Source: Tubiluchus corallicola
Taxonomy: Eukaryota > Animalia > Priapulida
DNA length: 64,000 bases
NCBI GenBank assembly: GCA_030141605.1
Contig: JAQGDQ010000041.1
Coordinates: 186,001-250,000, forward strand
Direction: 5' to 3'
The translations under genes and the position numbers were made by a program. Of this stretch, positions 12,401 to 25,934 are shown piece by piece. The notes beneath the pieces were generated by a model, which saw nothing but the letters and a program-made list of their open reading frames with translations, was not told where the DNA came from and made no database searches. Each line of letters starts with the position of its first letter. Position 1 is the stretch's first letter.

Positions 12401-14804
12401 GCACTAGCTAACGTATGTCATTTGGATTACCTAGTCTTGTGGTAAACCTTTCAATGATACAATTTTAACAATTTTTATATTCTTTTACCCTTCTTGTCAC
12501 GTCAAATCAGGATTAATGAATTGAGTATATCTTTGCAGTCTTTTTATCACAAAGATATTTGGCTTTTACGAATATTTGAGACTAGTAATTGATAATAATA
12601 AGTGACCCTTTAACCCATTTAGCCAAAGTCAACAAAGTTTGTGCCATACGTGCCACAACTTACCATAAGTGTCTTTCCTGTAAGTTATACGACTCTAAGT
12701 ACTGCTTTTTGGGAGTTATTACATGATATAGCAGAAACTGACAAATGCCCATTTATCTTGATCCTTTGACCTTAGCGTTACAGTATACTACACCAGTGTT
12801 TCAGCTGCCAATCAAAACAAGTTTTATGACTGTAGCTCCTGTACTTTTCCGTGTATTGATATGACCGTGTTTAGGCATTTTAGCCCATGTCACGTGACTT
12901 GACCATGTCCACTAAATGAAAAATACTTAATGCACGTTTGCACTTCTGCTTTTACCGAACCACTTTAATTGCTTGAATACTGACTCACTGTAGAAGTTCG
13001 GATGGTTTCTGTTGAACTTTATGCAGTGGGCATGTGCAAATTTTGTTAATTACCAACGATTTTGTTGTGATGCTATAGTGGTTTTGTTTGGGAGAAAGGT
13101 TCAACTTTTGTTTTGTTGCTATTTGTGCCACACCTAGGCAGATTTGGGGGAAAGGAAAAGTGGCTAAAACCCGAATTCTAGTCAGGTTCCTCCTAATGAC
13201 TCCTGAATGGGTTTTATATGTGTGATGCAAATGATAAATGATATACATTAGTTCTTTTGATTAGCGTTCACAGAAAGAAATTAGGATTATTTAGTGCAAC
13301 AATTTTTTAGGACCTATTTGTTTGTTTTTCATTCAATTAGATATAGCTGCTCTATTTTGTAGCTATTACCAAGCTATTTAATGCTAAACCTTTTTTCTTT
13401 TATTTTCAAATGCCTCTCCTCAGTGTACTGTAATGTCTGTGGACATGTTGAGAATGCTTATTTAATATTGGACAATGGTCTGACATTAAAAAAATTGTAA
13501 TGGCATTTACAAAGATTAAGACAAAGTTCTGTATTTGGCTGTTATCTTGTAGAAGATCCATAATTCTCTGTTCATGACTTCATAAAGGGCCGTACCTCCA
13601 TCTTGAATGAAGTAATGGATACCAGAGACTGTGACAGCCTACAAAGATCTAGGACCATTTTAAACTGTCGGCTTCAAGTAAGATTAAAATTCTGACATAC
13701 ATGTTTGCTAATACGTGATGTATAGAAAGTATCTAAAGTAAAAGCAAATTTTACATGTTTTGATCTATGCTATAAGTTTATATTCAGTAATGTTTAAGAA
13801 AGTGGAAAGGATATGTTTTTGCGTTGCTTCACAATAAATGTAGGCCTATGTTATGTCACATTCTGGGATTTATTGTTAGCAGCAATTTACTGAACAGAAA
13901 CACTGAATTAAAATTTAAATCAGATTTAAGTTTTAATGTTACATTTTTACACATATATTTGAGTCTATATATACACATATATGAACAGTATTTATTAGAG
14001 ACTAATGGTGTTACTATTTTGACACCGAACGTGAAAGATGGGAAATGTGAAATAGTTTGGATGCAGTCTTGATTTGTATGAGGGACGTTCTGCTTACATT
14101 GCATATGCCTTAACTACTAGACCATTACATCTCCGAGTGATCAAGGCAGTCTAAAATTCATCCTTTATAGCTGGCCAGTTAAATCAAAATTAGCATTTCC
14201 AGTGCTAGATCACTCACACTAAGGCAATTCGAACTAATTAGATTATTTTATTTTTATTAATTTTGATCCAGATGGTTTGTTAGTGATTAATTCATTATTA
14301 TAGTCTTGATGCCAAGATTATTACTAGTGATGTGTTACAAACCCACATTTAATTAAATTTTGATACCAACCTTGAAAGATAGGAAATGTGAAAATGCTGG
14401 ATTTGCTGAATTTGGTTGGTCATCTATAAAGGATGAACTTTGTACTGCTTATGCAATGGGAGATAGGAGGTTGCTTAATGGTGAAGGGGCCCGCAGTGTA
14501 AGCAGAAGGCCTTTGATTCAAATCCAGGTTGCATTCAACTTCTTCACATTTCCTATCGTTCAAGTTTGACATCAAAATTTAATTAATTGTGGGTTTTTAA
14601 CATCATTAATAATGATCTTGTCATTAAGGTGATTATAATTAGAGCTTTAATTTAAGCTGCCCTAACTTGGACTGGCTCTAAAATTTTATGTGGTACTTTG
14701 TGGTAAGCATTTGGTGCCATCCTTTAAATAGAAAGAGAAAACATTGTAAGTTTATGCTTCTTTAACTTAAGAAAATAACTTAACTTGGTGAGAGTTTCTT
14801 ATAG

Positions 14805-14936
14805 TCTGGTCTAAAATGTCTCCACGATGCTGAATTTTTGGATAAGGAGAAATCCAGGCTCATTCAAACAATATCCTATTCACTGAAGAGGATGACAGGA
14901 GAGGATGTGTCGTTTACTGAGGAAGACAGTTTTTTG
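14805..14936 (+). CDS. FANCB: FANCB-like exon (coiled-coil region)
   Basis: ttatag|SGLKCLHDAEFLDKEKSRLIQTISYSLKRMTGEDVSFTEEDSFL|gtgagt, phase 0-0. Confidence 0.65.
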
Positions 14937-15795
14937 GTGAGTCAGTAATTGGAAGTATATATCTCATTACAAGGGCTACAAGACGGCCATTATAATTATT
15001 AATTATATGTTATTAAATATTCCTATAAGCGATACATGCCATGCAATTTGCTTAGAGAATCTTTGAGCACTTGACTTGTGAAAATGGTGGCTGCTTTGCA
15101 CACTAGAGGGCAAACTTCAGTTCCCACATGAGCATAAAGTGTGTTTAAAATATAACATTAGTGCCTCATTCAAACGTGCTAATTATAGGAGAAATAAAAG
15201 ACATTTCATTGTTGTTAGGCATAGATAATAATCTGAACAGAAATGCTGGATTTTAATGCAAGCATTTCCTCGAAGAATGAACATTGCATTCTTCAACTGA
15301 GGCTTTTCAAGAAGCCAGCTTAGTAAATTTGACTTGAATTTGTAGTCCTGCGTTCTTGAATCTGGGTTCAGTACCTGGACTGGATTTTTCCCTATACTGA
15401 TAAACATTGCCTGGTGTTATTTATTTTATTTTATTCAAATAGCCAGTGACACAAACTGCTGTCACAGTTTACATCACTTATCAATATCAAAATCCACTCT
15501 AAATGTTTGACTCTTATGCGGCATAGACCTTACAAAAAAGTTATAAAAATATCAAATATAAATGTTCACAGAATTGCAATTGTGTTAACAGATGTAAAAA
15601 TTTCAATAAAAGCACACATCCTGTCAAGCTGTGCAGGATAGCAGACAATGACTTAGTCCTTAAGCAGTGAAAATGCTTGCCAAATTATAATATTGGTGAT
15701 GCATTGAGTAGTAGAAGAGATTTAATTTCATGTTTTCAATAAAGATTTTTTATGCAAATGCTTTTTTTCCACATATATTTTTTGCTGTTTTTCAG

Positions 15796-15947
15796 TGTGG
15801 ATTAGTTCCTCTGATAGGAGAACCTTTGCAGCAAGCCCCAAATCTTGATGATGTCACTAAAAGTGGCATAATTGTTGATGACATTTGGCACACAGTCATC
15901 CGTGATACCATTGTTATAGCAGCAGATATTACAAATGATGGGCAGTG
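15796..15947 (+). CDS. FANCB: FANCB-like exon
   Basis: ttcag|CGLVPLIGEP...VDDIWHTVIRDTIVIAADITNDGQ(W)|gtatg, phase 0-2. Confidence 0.7.
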
Positions 15948-16284
15948 GTATGTTTGCATATTTGTTACTGTAGTTACCATTCTTGTAATAGCAATATTTT
16001 CTTTGTTAAAATTCTAATAAATGCTGTCATTAAGTTTAGAGTGATTATGATTCCCTTATCTTGTCTTTTTGGAAAAATAATTATTAGTAACGTCTGAAGT
16101 AGGTGGCCATTATTTCATCTATACATCTTTTCTACATATATCTAACTGAAATACGTTCATCAATATATACCTTATAATGAAAGCTTTTATAAAACATTAC
16201 TGAATGAAGGTCAAAGTCGCCACGTCTAGGAATCAGATTATAGCACGTTCAGGACTAGAGAATTTTCTCACCAAAAAATTTGCA

Positions 16285-16464
16285 AGTAACTTGCCAAGAA
16301 ACTTGCAGTAGTGATCAGACTAGCAAAACACTACTCTTGTGAATTGTTTGTCTCTACATCAGCTAGAAACTGTCGCTAGTTTTTGCAATGAACAGAGGTT
16401 GTTTCTATTTGCTTCTCTCTCTTTCTCTCTCTCTCACTCTCTCTCTCCCTCTCTCTCTCTCTCT

Positions 16465-16556
<92 letters not shown>

Positions 16557-16570
16557 TCTCTTTCTCTCTC
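16285..16570 (+). repeat. Dispersed ~130-bp element with (CT)n tail, copy 2
   Basis: agtaacttgccaagaaacttgcagtagtgatcagactagc...ctatttgct(tc)n. Confidence 0.85.
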
Positions 16571-17820
16571 TTACTCTCCTTCTGTCCATCTCTTTCCTCG
16601 CACTCTCTTACTCTGCACTACACATAAACTGCTTGATGGTTATTTGAATTTTGAATGTATACATAATTTTGAGTAGGTGTAATTTGTCTTATTTGCAATA
16701 TTTAGTGTGCTTCTCACATTCATGATAGCCTATATGATAGTTTTCCATGAACGAAAGATTATTGGCTATAATACCAAGGTCGGAGGACAGTTGTCAGACC
16801 ATGTCCCCTGGCAAAGTCTCTCCAACTCCGTTCGCTTTTATCTCATCATGTAAATGATTCACCCAACTTCACCAGACAGTCAAAGTTTGTCAGTTGTGTA
16901 AACCAGGCATTAGAATTGTACTCACATTAAAGTTGTAACTAAAAGATCCAATGACATTTTTACAATTCTTGGAAATTTACACTTAGACACAAGATATTTA
17001 AGCAGCTAGATATATGAAACTTCTGAGTGAACTGCAAAAGTTTTACTCTGTGTGCCAACTTACGTTAGTGTTTCAAATATGCAAGATTTGCAAGAGAGAT
17101 AAGAAAGAATATGAGTTTCTTTTGCATTAGTAAAAACAAGGCATGTTATGCATATATATTGTACTGTAATTTCAATACATTTAATTGTGTATTAAAATGC
17201 ACAAACTGCTTCTTTTTGATGAGGAGCTAATTGTGGGAACTGTATCTTTTCGGGTGTATACTTTTGCACCCAGAATTTCCAACATTATGCAGAATGTAGA
17301 TTACATGTAGCCGATCTGGCTAGTAATTTGGACCATTCCATATACTTTAACTGTGCATACAGTTCTTCGATAAAGTTTCTTCACCTTTAAAAATCTGATT
17401 AATTATTTAGCAACTAACTTACTAAAAGCAGATCATAAGTTTATGTCTGCATGGTTTTACATTGACTCAGGCTCAATTTTGTAGTACTTTTTCAAAGGAT
17501 TGCTGATATAAAATAATTCTGCTTCCTCATGTATTTGAAAAAAACGAAACAAACAAATTTTTCTTGTCAAAGTTCTTGAAGTTCATTTTAGCTAGTGTTT
17601 TTTTTTGTTTATAGCATGCATCCATCACTTTCTTATCCTGTTATTTCCTTGTCTGTCAATTAAATATAAAAGTGTTAAAATTTCTAGTTGTTCAGTTTTT
17701 AATGTTTAGCTATGGTGAGCCTTGCGCTACAAATTTGTGGTGCCTGTGCAAAATTTATGCTACTAGAGTTAGACTGACATTACTGCTTTGTTTCTGGCAT
17801 ATTGACATACTTTGTTTCAG

Positions 17821-18281
17821 GAATGTATGTGACGTTACACTACTACCAGTGATGGACACTGATTCACATACATCACACTGCAGACTTGTGAGAATAATAA
17901 ATGGCAGATACTGCAACATTCCTCATCATTGCATTACTCCTACGGACGATGCTGACTTAGAGTTACTCATGTCACACTCTCAGGGGATTAAGCGAAAAAC
18001 ACCATCTGGTGTCGAAGACAGCTTTATTGAACCTAATATTCTCAAGCATAGTCAGAGTGCATGTGTTTTAACTGTGATAAATCTACCATACTTTTCATGT
18101 CCAAAACTGAACTGTGATCTACATTTACAGTGCAGCCTGATGCCAACTGAATTAAGAAGTAATGGTACTGGGAAGAAGCGGGACTTATGCTTTTCGTGCG
18201 GTAGTCTTACAATCAATTATGCTGAAATTACAGATGCATTGTCCAATGCCTTCCTGTGGCAATCAGAACGACTTCTAACAT
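17821..18281 (+). CDS. FANCB: FANCB-like exon
   Basis: 461-nt open exon, tttcag acceptor, gtaagt donor, phase 2-1. Confidence 0.7.
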
Positions 18282-18485
18282 GTAAGTTTTATTAATAGGC
18301 CATGTGTAAAAACATGCATCACCATAGAGATGTAAATTACATTTATTCCTTGCCTGCCCATCAGTATCTGATTCACTGTACATTAAAAGAAATTCATAAA
18401 CAATATATGTTGTACAGCTTTAACTTACTACAGATATTACTTGCAGCATGTTTGTACTTGATACTGAAGCCAACATTTCTTACAG

Positions 18486-18717
18486 TTCAAGAAGCTGATC
18501 GTTTGTTGGCTTGTTTAAACTGTGCACAGAAGCACATTGATGTGACAGTGAGGGCTCTACATACCAATTTAAACAACATAAGAACAATGCTAATGTCATT
18601 GGGACTAGTACAGCACCCAATATTCAAGCTCTTCTACAGATATAGATGCGAGACTGATATCCGGGTTTTTATCGGAGTAGTACGAAGACACAAGGTTGCA
18701 ATGACTATATATGCTTG
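18486..18717 (+). CDS. FANCB: FANCB-like exon
   Basis: ttacag|QEADRLLACLNCAQKHIDVTVRALHTNLNNIRTML...IYA(W)|gtaaat, phase 1-2. Confidence 0.65.
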
Positions 18718-20013
18718 GTAAATGTGTTTTATTTTCTTGTCCAGAATGTCAATGTTTTCAAATATGGCCTTCCACTTCAGGCTGGCAATGTCTCAATTCT
18801 CCTGCCTTTTGTTTTTTCCACATCCTGCTCATTGTTCAAAACGAAGAAGCTTGTCCCATATTTGACAATAGCGTGTATGTAAGAGTTTTAGAATTGCCAT
18901 ATCAGTTTCAACATAATTCTCCGTCAGAATATACTGTAATAATGCCCGATTTACATACTGTACCATCGGAATGAAAAATTTCAATATTGAATACTTTATG
19001 TCAAATTTCCGGTAGTTAGCAGTAAATACATTGTTTGACAGCCTTTTATATGACTATTCAATGTCCCGTATCAAAGCTGCGTGTATGCAGCTTGTGTAAA
19101 GGGTTGCCAGTTTCTGTGATTGTCCTCCAGATTGATTCCTGCAGCATACAGTGGGCAATCCTAGCATGCCTATATTACGTATGGCAAGAAAAAGCATGTA
19201 GAAGCAAGAAAAAAGAAGCACCTGCATTGACCGAAGCAATTATTTAGAGGACAAGTTGAAATGAAACTTTTGTATAACAACATTCTAGTAAAACCAAATT
19301 TTTATTTTAGTCAATCATTCTGTAACCACTTTTTCAGTGTGACATGCTAAAAATATTTTTGCTGCAACTGTGTGATATTGTATCGTGGTTATGTATTCCA
19401 AATTCATTTGGCATTATTTTGAAATATTAACCGTCGTAGTAATTATATTTGCATAATCAGGCCATATTTTTTGAGGTTAAACTTCAATATTACTTTCAAA
19501 TTCAGTAACTGACAGTAATTCTCATATACCAATTCTTATATGGTTTTTAAGCAGTTTTATTCACCACTTACAATGTGACACTAAAATTCAGTAAATTAAT
19601 GAAAGCACAACTCATATCCAGAGATGAATGTGCTGCTGCTAGACAAGTATGGGGTTGATAATGTTGCGTTTGGCCACTGATTATAGCGTTTGTTTACACG
19701 ACAACATCCTGGAGGATTTTTGAGAAAATATTATACTATTATTGTATTAAGAAATTTTGTAAATGTAACTGTCTGTAGGTAATTACTCAATGTAGGCCTT
19801 ATTTTTGCCGACAATGGGACTTTTAGATCATTGCAGTACCAGCTGTTTGAAATAGTGATTGAAAAAATTTGAGATTCCAATGCAATTTCTTGGTAGCTAA
19901 ATATACTGATCTCAGATATTCAACTTTTGAAATAACTGTGATTTTACGCTTCTATTACAAACAATTTAAAAAGATCAGTTTCTCTGAAAGATTCTAGTAA
20001 TCTTTATTTTCAG

Positions 20014-20302
20014 GAAAGAACAACAAATATCGCTGTTCCTCATTTCTTTCTACAACAAATTTCCAGACGATATCTGTATTCTAGAAGAATCAGCAAAACG
20101 GAAAACACCAAACGCTGATCTCGACAAAACTCTTGCGTTAAAAAGCGCTAATCAACATGCGTCTCAAGACTCAAAATCGGCTTGTTCAAGTGATACAACA
20201 AAAGACAGGAATTGTGATGATTACTCAATTGACATGACAACTATCTGTCCAAAGTTCAAAGCAGAACAGAAGCCAGATTTTCAAGATACTAGTAAATCCT
20301 GA
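20014..20302 (+). CDS. FANCB: FANCB-like last exon, up to the first in-frame stop
   Basis: ttttcag acceptor, phase 2, KEQQISLFLISFYNKFPDDICIL...; FANCB-like C-terminal helix continues in frame past the stops to 20449. Confidence 0.6.
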
Positions 20303-21580
20303 CAAATTACAACGTATAGCATTCTTCAGTACTGATAACTTGCGACTTCAAAAGCAGTTTTTGACTCTGAGCTTATCGTGAAGTGTCTTGCATCTATACA
20401 AGTTAGCCTAGATAGAACAGCAAGAGTTGATGCAGACAAGATGGTTTAATAGTTAATTACTGAGGACTGAGCCACAACTGTTCCTTGTTAATCAACGATT
20501 CTAATTCCACCAATGAGTAATAATACATAAAGATAGTAGTTTAAAAACCTGTTACTTGGCATCACCTTATCAATAAGAAAATTAAATACGGCATGCTGTC
20601 CGAAGAATTTTATAGAAAAATAGAAATTCCATGTGTATAAAAAAATTAGTCTAGACCTTTTGCTAGTATTATTTCATCACAAACATTTCAGTAAAAATCA
20701 GAGAATGGTGTCACAGAATTTAATTATTTATTACAGTTACCTTTGTCAACCATCTTAACAGCTAAACCCCAGACAAATAGATTACAGTATTAAAGTACAA
20801 AAGGGTAATATGGTACTATTAAGACTGTAAATAACATGCATGTAACAACCTAATGCCATCATTACATTTTCCTTGAACATGTATATGTAAATTACCATTT
20901 CTTAAAACTGAAACTTATACAGTTTTTAATCTAAAAATCACCCTCAAAATATTTACACATAATTTACACCCAATTTACATTTCATAAAGAATGTGCATTT
21001 TATTATTAAAAGCGTGTGTATATAGTTACCGTGGTAGGTACAATCAGAACCTTGATCCTTATAAAATGTTAACAAAAATAAAATTTTCAATCCAATGTGT
21101 TGAAAATATGACACTGCAGTGCAAAGCAATAATTTTTTACATAATTATTTAATGCTTTTAGTTATACAGAAATATCAGCTACACAATTTTTGTTAATAAA
21201 AATTTCTCTTGTTAAACACATAATTTAATAATAGTTGATTCAATATTTATAAATTATAAAATTAGAGTTCATTCCCATGCATTCTACTGGACTTCACATT
21301 TTTATTTTACTGCATTTTGTTTTGATGGCCAGCTACAGTGCAAGCCTGTCACGAAATTGACTTTGCTTCAAGAAATGGTGTAGAAGTTAAAAACCATAAT
21401 GATGCCTAAATTCTCAATGAGCTAAAAAAGTTTAAGTTTAGCCACTTATGCTAGAAACATTTTTGAGAATAGCCAAAGTTTTCTGCTATGACATTTTAAT
21501 GTCCAAGTGAATGGTAGAACACAGTCAGAGGGTGTTCTTTAACTACAAAGTACGTCAATGAACTCAAATTCAAATCATAA

Positions 21581-21781
21581 TTACTCAACACCAAAATAAT
21601 GAACAATTGGTCTTACCCATGCGACTTTATAACGATGCAGTACTGCTATGGTAACAGCACATAAACACATGAAAATAGTTACAATAAAAATGTCTTTAAC
21701 TATCAGTTTAAAGTATCCCGGCTGCTTTTGTTCAAGTTCTGCTGCTTCAGCATTGAAAAGCCCGTCTGTTTTCTCAATTTT
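21581..21781 (-). CDS. Chromodomain-transmembrane protein, last exon (predicted TM helix)
   Basis: ttttcag|KIEKTDGLF...KDIFIVTIFMCLCAVTIAVLHRYKVAWVRPIVHYFGVE*; phase 0; AATAAA downstream (~21301). Confidence 0.7.
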   Translation of the reverse strand, partial: KIEKTDGLFNAEAAELEQKQPGYFKLIVKDIFIVTIFMCLCAVTIAVLHRYKVAWVRPIVHYFGVE

Positions 21782-23196
21782 CTGAAAAGTAAAAATTACA
21801 TTGCAAAAACAAGCCGACTGGTTCCTAATATGAACCCGGTGTAGCATTAAACACAGGTGTGGAAATAAGCCGACTGACACATAGCATTGAATATACATAC
21901 ATATTTGCTTAAAGGCAGAAGCACGAAAAAATGACACACCATTCAAACGCAGTAAAACTGTGTAAATTATCTCCTGTTATATTACACGCACCACCACACA
22001 ACTTGAATAATAAATCAAAAACTTAATTAATGGTGAATATGCCCAACTAGTGATGACGTCGCAAACGAACATAATATTCAACAGCACAAACATTCCATGA
22101 GCAGGTGCCACTCATTTGTGAAACTGAAAATTGAAATACAGTGCTACTGTACAACATTCGGTGTGATATATAAAATCTTGAGAAATTTTAAATTCAAAAT
22201 TCAAATTTCAGGTGTACCACTATGCTCATGCATGAGCTTTTAGACGTGTCCACTAAATCTCAACTGGACGGCTCTGAACTGAGAGGTACAGCACCTGTTT
22301 TTGTGCAACATGTTTCCGAGATGCAGGCACTAATACCCATCTAACTAGCAAATGTCTAAATACACACAGCAGGAAGAAATTAGCTGTGCGAATAAAAATT
22401 ACGTTTCTGTGGTAATGATTCTTTCACGTAAGTAATTTTTGAAAAAAGTATGTTCACACTTTCACTTTATTGCTGAAGTCAAACAACTGTTTAAATTTCA
22501 TATTGCAAAGTTCAGAAATCTGACAATATCGCTTCCAGGCTGCTTCTGTGCAGATTTACAAGTTTTATACCATGTATGGGTATATGTATTCCAAAGGGCA
22601 CAAAGGTCAAGCTCACTGAACTGATAAAAAACCTGTGAGAGAGGCTACGAATTTGTTCAATACATATTAGATTCACATTCATACTTTAACAATTAAAAAT
22701 TTGTGTGGCAAATATACACGAAACAGTTAAAATTTTCAACAGCTTGCAGTACAGTACATAAAACTGTTGCTAAGCCACTTCTGCTTAATTTATTACGATT
22801 GCAGCTCAGCAACACAAGAATTAATCAACACAGCTGTATTTTTGGTTTAGCTATTTCCGCATTGTAGAAAGAAATTTGCCCGGGACAAATATTTGAATAA
22901 CAAATTTTTCAAAATTCCCACCCCAATACAAATAGCTGGCCTCTGCAATAACCAAATCCGGAAACCTGGTGAAACAAAGTGAAAGCTATCTACCTTACTG
23001 CACTGACTAGTAACAAATCGTGTGTTTGCGCCTGAGTTTGATACGTGAATTTTAAATTGACTCTTACTGAGTACACAAGTGTACGTCAATAATACGCAAA
23101 CACACACAATAAAGTTCTCACAAAGAGAACATAAGTGGCACAGCCAATGAAAAGTGTGTAATTTTTAAATTTAATTGTTAAAAATTCATTACCTAC

Positions 23197-23409
23197 CTTG
23201 TCAACAATAATTTTCTTCAAGTTTATTTTGCTTCCCTGTTTTTTCTTGTCAAGGATAGAGCGTGCTAAGTCCTCCATGTCAGAATCTGAAACGTCTAATA
23301 ATGTTCCACGTGTTGATGGTGTTACTGGAATCTCATTGGGACTAACCGAGGGTTTCACTGCCATAGTCAGCTTCTTTGCTGATGTTTGCACTTTTCCTAT
23401 AGTTTCTAC
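23197..23409 (-). CDS. Chromodomain-transmembrane protein, exon 4
   Basis: tttgtag|VETIGKVQ...DVSDSDMEDLARSILDKKKQGSKINLKKIIVDK|gtaggt, phase 0-0. Confidence 0.75.
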
Positions 23410-23874
23410 CTACAAAACATCAAGATTACTGTGGTTACAACAAATACAATACAAAACTGTTTCGTAATATACAATATTTAGGAATGTGTATAATCGCATG
23501 CTGTAAATTGCTTCATAATAATTATTGCAGGACATTACCCACTGACCCGACATCCTAGCCCGGACACATGTCAATGATTTCATCATTCTAAGGAGCTTTT
23601 GCATTACAAATAAATGGAACAGACAGCAAAAGCAGTCAACTATATTTGAGATCTGTTATGATGACAGTTCAAATTAGAGACTACAGACAACAAGCCATTG
23701 CCACAGCTTTAAATGAAAATGAATAACCTTATAAGACACAGATTTATCTAGACGTACACGACAACATAAAAAAAATTAAATAACCCCCAAGCCAAAGGTA
23801 TGAGCTGAAATATGGTTTTCAGTTAACAAATTATGCATATTTTTCCTGCACACAGAAAACAATGAAAAATATAC

Positions 23875-24003
23875 TTTGTTCACGGTAACTGTTTCCATTA
23901 TTTGTGTTTTAGGATCTGTTGCTGATGTCTTAGTGCGTGATGTAGAACGACGCGAACTTCTCTTCATCTGGCTACTGGTATCTTGCTTCTCGCTAGCTGC
24001 CTG
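23875..24003 (-). CDS. Chromodomain-transmembrane protein, exon 3 (basic Ser/Arg-rich)
   Basis: NAGNAG acceptor (tagcag), QAASEKQDTSSQMKRSSRRSTSRTKTS...VNK|gtatat, phase 0-0. Confidence 0.7.
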
Positions 24004-24434
24004 CTAAACATAACGAAAAACAAAAAGTCGAAAATCACCAGCTGATGCTAGTCAGATACAACGAACATGTCGTGCTTTGTTAAAAGCTGGTTTAAAACAA
24101 TTCGTAATTTTATATTAGGTAAGCAGGCTTAACATGCTTTGCAAGTTAAGAAAATGCTTAGTGTCAATTTTTGATATGTATGGGTCTCCCAGCCCACATC
24201 TGTATGTAAACCACAAATGCAATTACATGTATTATGTATTGTGAAGTGGGTTGAATAAAAAATAAAAATAAAAAACAAGTTATTATTTTTCTATACAGCT
24301 CAGCAAACTTGAAGCCTTCAATTATGGCGGGAAATGAAACGTAGCTAAATTATCAAGGAGATTCATCTTGGATGAGACAGTGAACTGGCAGGACCATTTT
24401 ACCCTTGTTTTGATTTGCTTCCCTCAATAAGTTA

Positions 24435-24872
24435 CCGTATTTTCCCGTGTATAAGAGACCCTTTTTTGCTCAGAATTTTCACTTTAAAAATAGGGGGTCT
24501 CTTATACATGGGAGTAAGTCTTTTCAATAAGATGCATAAATTGTGACACTAATGATTTTAAAGAAATAAGTGCTCTACAACTGTTTTGCGTGTGGCGTTC
24601 GACTATGAAGCGGTTGTAAGCAATACAAGCATCGTGACACAGACATTATCTCCTCGTTTTCTCTTTTCCTGTTACAGGTTTGCAGGTACGCACTTTAATA
24701 TATACCAGTACTCTTTTTCTACAACACATTAACTGGTTTTATTTTGTTTTCAGTACCGCACTGAGTTGAAAAAAGTTGTACTCTACCCTCTAAAAATGTC
24801 CGTCTGAAAAAACTTTTTTCCAGAATTTTTGCCTAAAAATTGAAGGGGTCTCTTATACACGGGAAAATACGG
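24435..24872. mobile_element. Tc1/mariner-pogo (Tigger-like) MITE
   Basis: Perfect ~27-bp TIR ccgtattttcccgtgtataagagaccc, TA TSD on both sides, internal extra TIR copy at ~24493. Confidence 0.9.
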
Positions 24873-25934
24873 TAAATAAATGGGGCAGTTTGGCAATGGA
24901 ATGGTTTTCCAAGTAATCACCTAACTGTTTTCTATAACCAGGCTTGCTTGATTTTTATTGCCAAGTATTGTCTGTGGTCACTCAACTGTTCTACACGCCC
25001 AAAGTAGTATTACTTGTATTTACCTATGCACGGGTGGTCCATTTTTGCAAAATCTAAGGTCGGCAATAAATCAAAAAAATGCCGACACTCTAATCTAATA
25101 GCAATCATTTTATCGACAAATGTCTTAACTGTCACCTTTTCTGATTTCAGTACTGGGCCAAACCTAGAAATAAGTGAGTGTTTAATAAAAGAATATGTCT
25201 GTGTGCAACAACAAGTTTCTGATGTGCTACTAAAACCATTCCAATTGCCACATTTTTCTACAATAATATTTAAACATCAGAAACATGTGGCAGTTAAAAT
25301 AAGTACTACATGCATATTTTTTGACCACAGAAAAGAATGTATACTGTAATGCAATATCAAAATACAATGTGATTAAAAAATCAATCCATTTTCTTTTAAC
25401 TAAGCCTTTCCAAATAAGTACAGTCCAACCTCATTATACTGCTCTACCCCCCCCCCCCCCCTACGCTGTGCACTGTTAAAATGGCCAGGAACGAAACTTA
25501 TCAGACACATATTCAAAATGTAACCTTTTATACCATCTCCCGTTACCTGCCATCAGATTAAAATATATGTTCAACCTTAATAGCGAAATACCGCCAGGGG
25601 CTTCTCGAGATAATGACAGGTGTATGAGGTGGCTACATGCTCAACTGAGTTGCTGACATTAACCAGACATCATGTGTTATATAAAATAATGCATGTTATC
25701 ATGCTTTGATTGTTTGCAAGCTATATCGAACATTGTACAATCATAATACTGCAAAATCATTGTCAATGCCTTGCGCATTCATAAAGGCGCCTGACAAGAA
25801 AACACGTGGCTCTTTTCTCGACAGAGAGAAGCGTGATATGTGCTTGTTTTTTAACAATTATCCAAGTAGAAAAACTAGAAAAACTTGTACCTTATGATTT
25901 TATTAAAAATGCTAAATACCTTCGTATACACGTA

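Larger units (their letters stand above)
4744..20449 (+). pseudogene. FANCB: FANCB-like gene, disrupted (pseudogene or N/C-terminally truncated). Exons: ?4744-~4960, ~12994-13098, 13553-13677, 14805-14936, 15796-15947, 17821-18281, 18486-18717, 20014-20449
   Basis: Phase-compatible GT-AG exons give ...KEKSRLIQTISYSL..CGLVPLIGE..VDDIWHTVIRDTIVIAADIT..NVCDVTL..CGSLTINYAEI..IYAWKEQQISLFLISFYNKFP, which parallels human FANCB as recalled ([75 protein letters not shown]). Lesions: frameshift at ~13015, TAA at 13561, TGA at 20300, TGA-TAA at 20333-20338. The 5' boundary is uncertain. Confidence 0.75.

Noticed and set aside
19035-19247. Exon-like ORF between FANCB exons
   Set aside because: The phase-compatible frame stops quickly, there is no clear donor, and exon 20014 already supplies the expected FANCB continuation.
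13561-20338. Stop-codon reassignment or readthrough as an explanation for the FANCB in-frame stops
   Set aside because: TAA and TAG terminate other genes here, RINT1 has no internal stops, and FANCB also has a frameshift.
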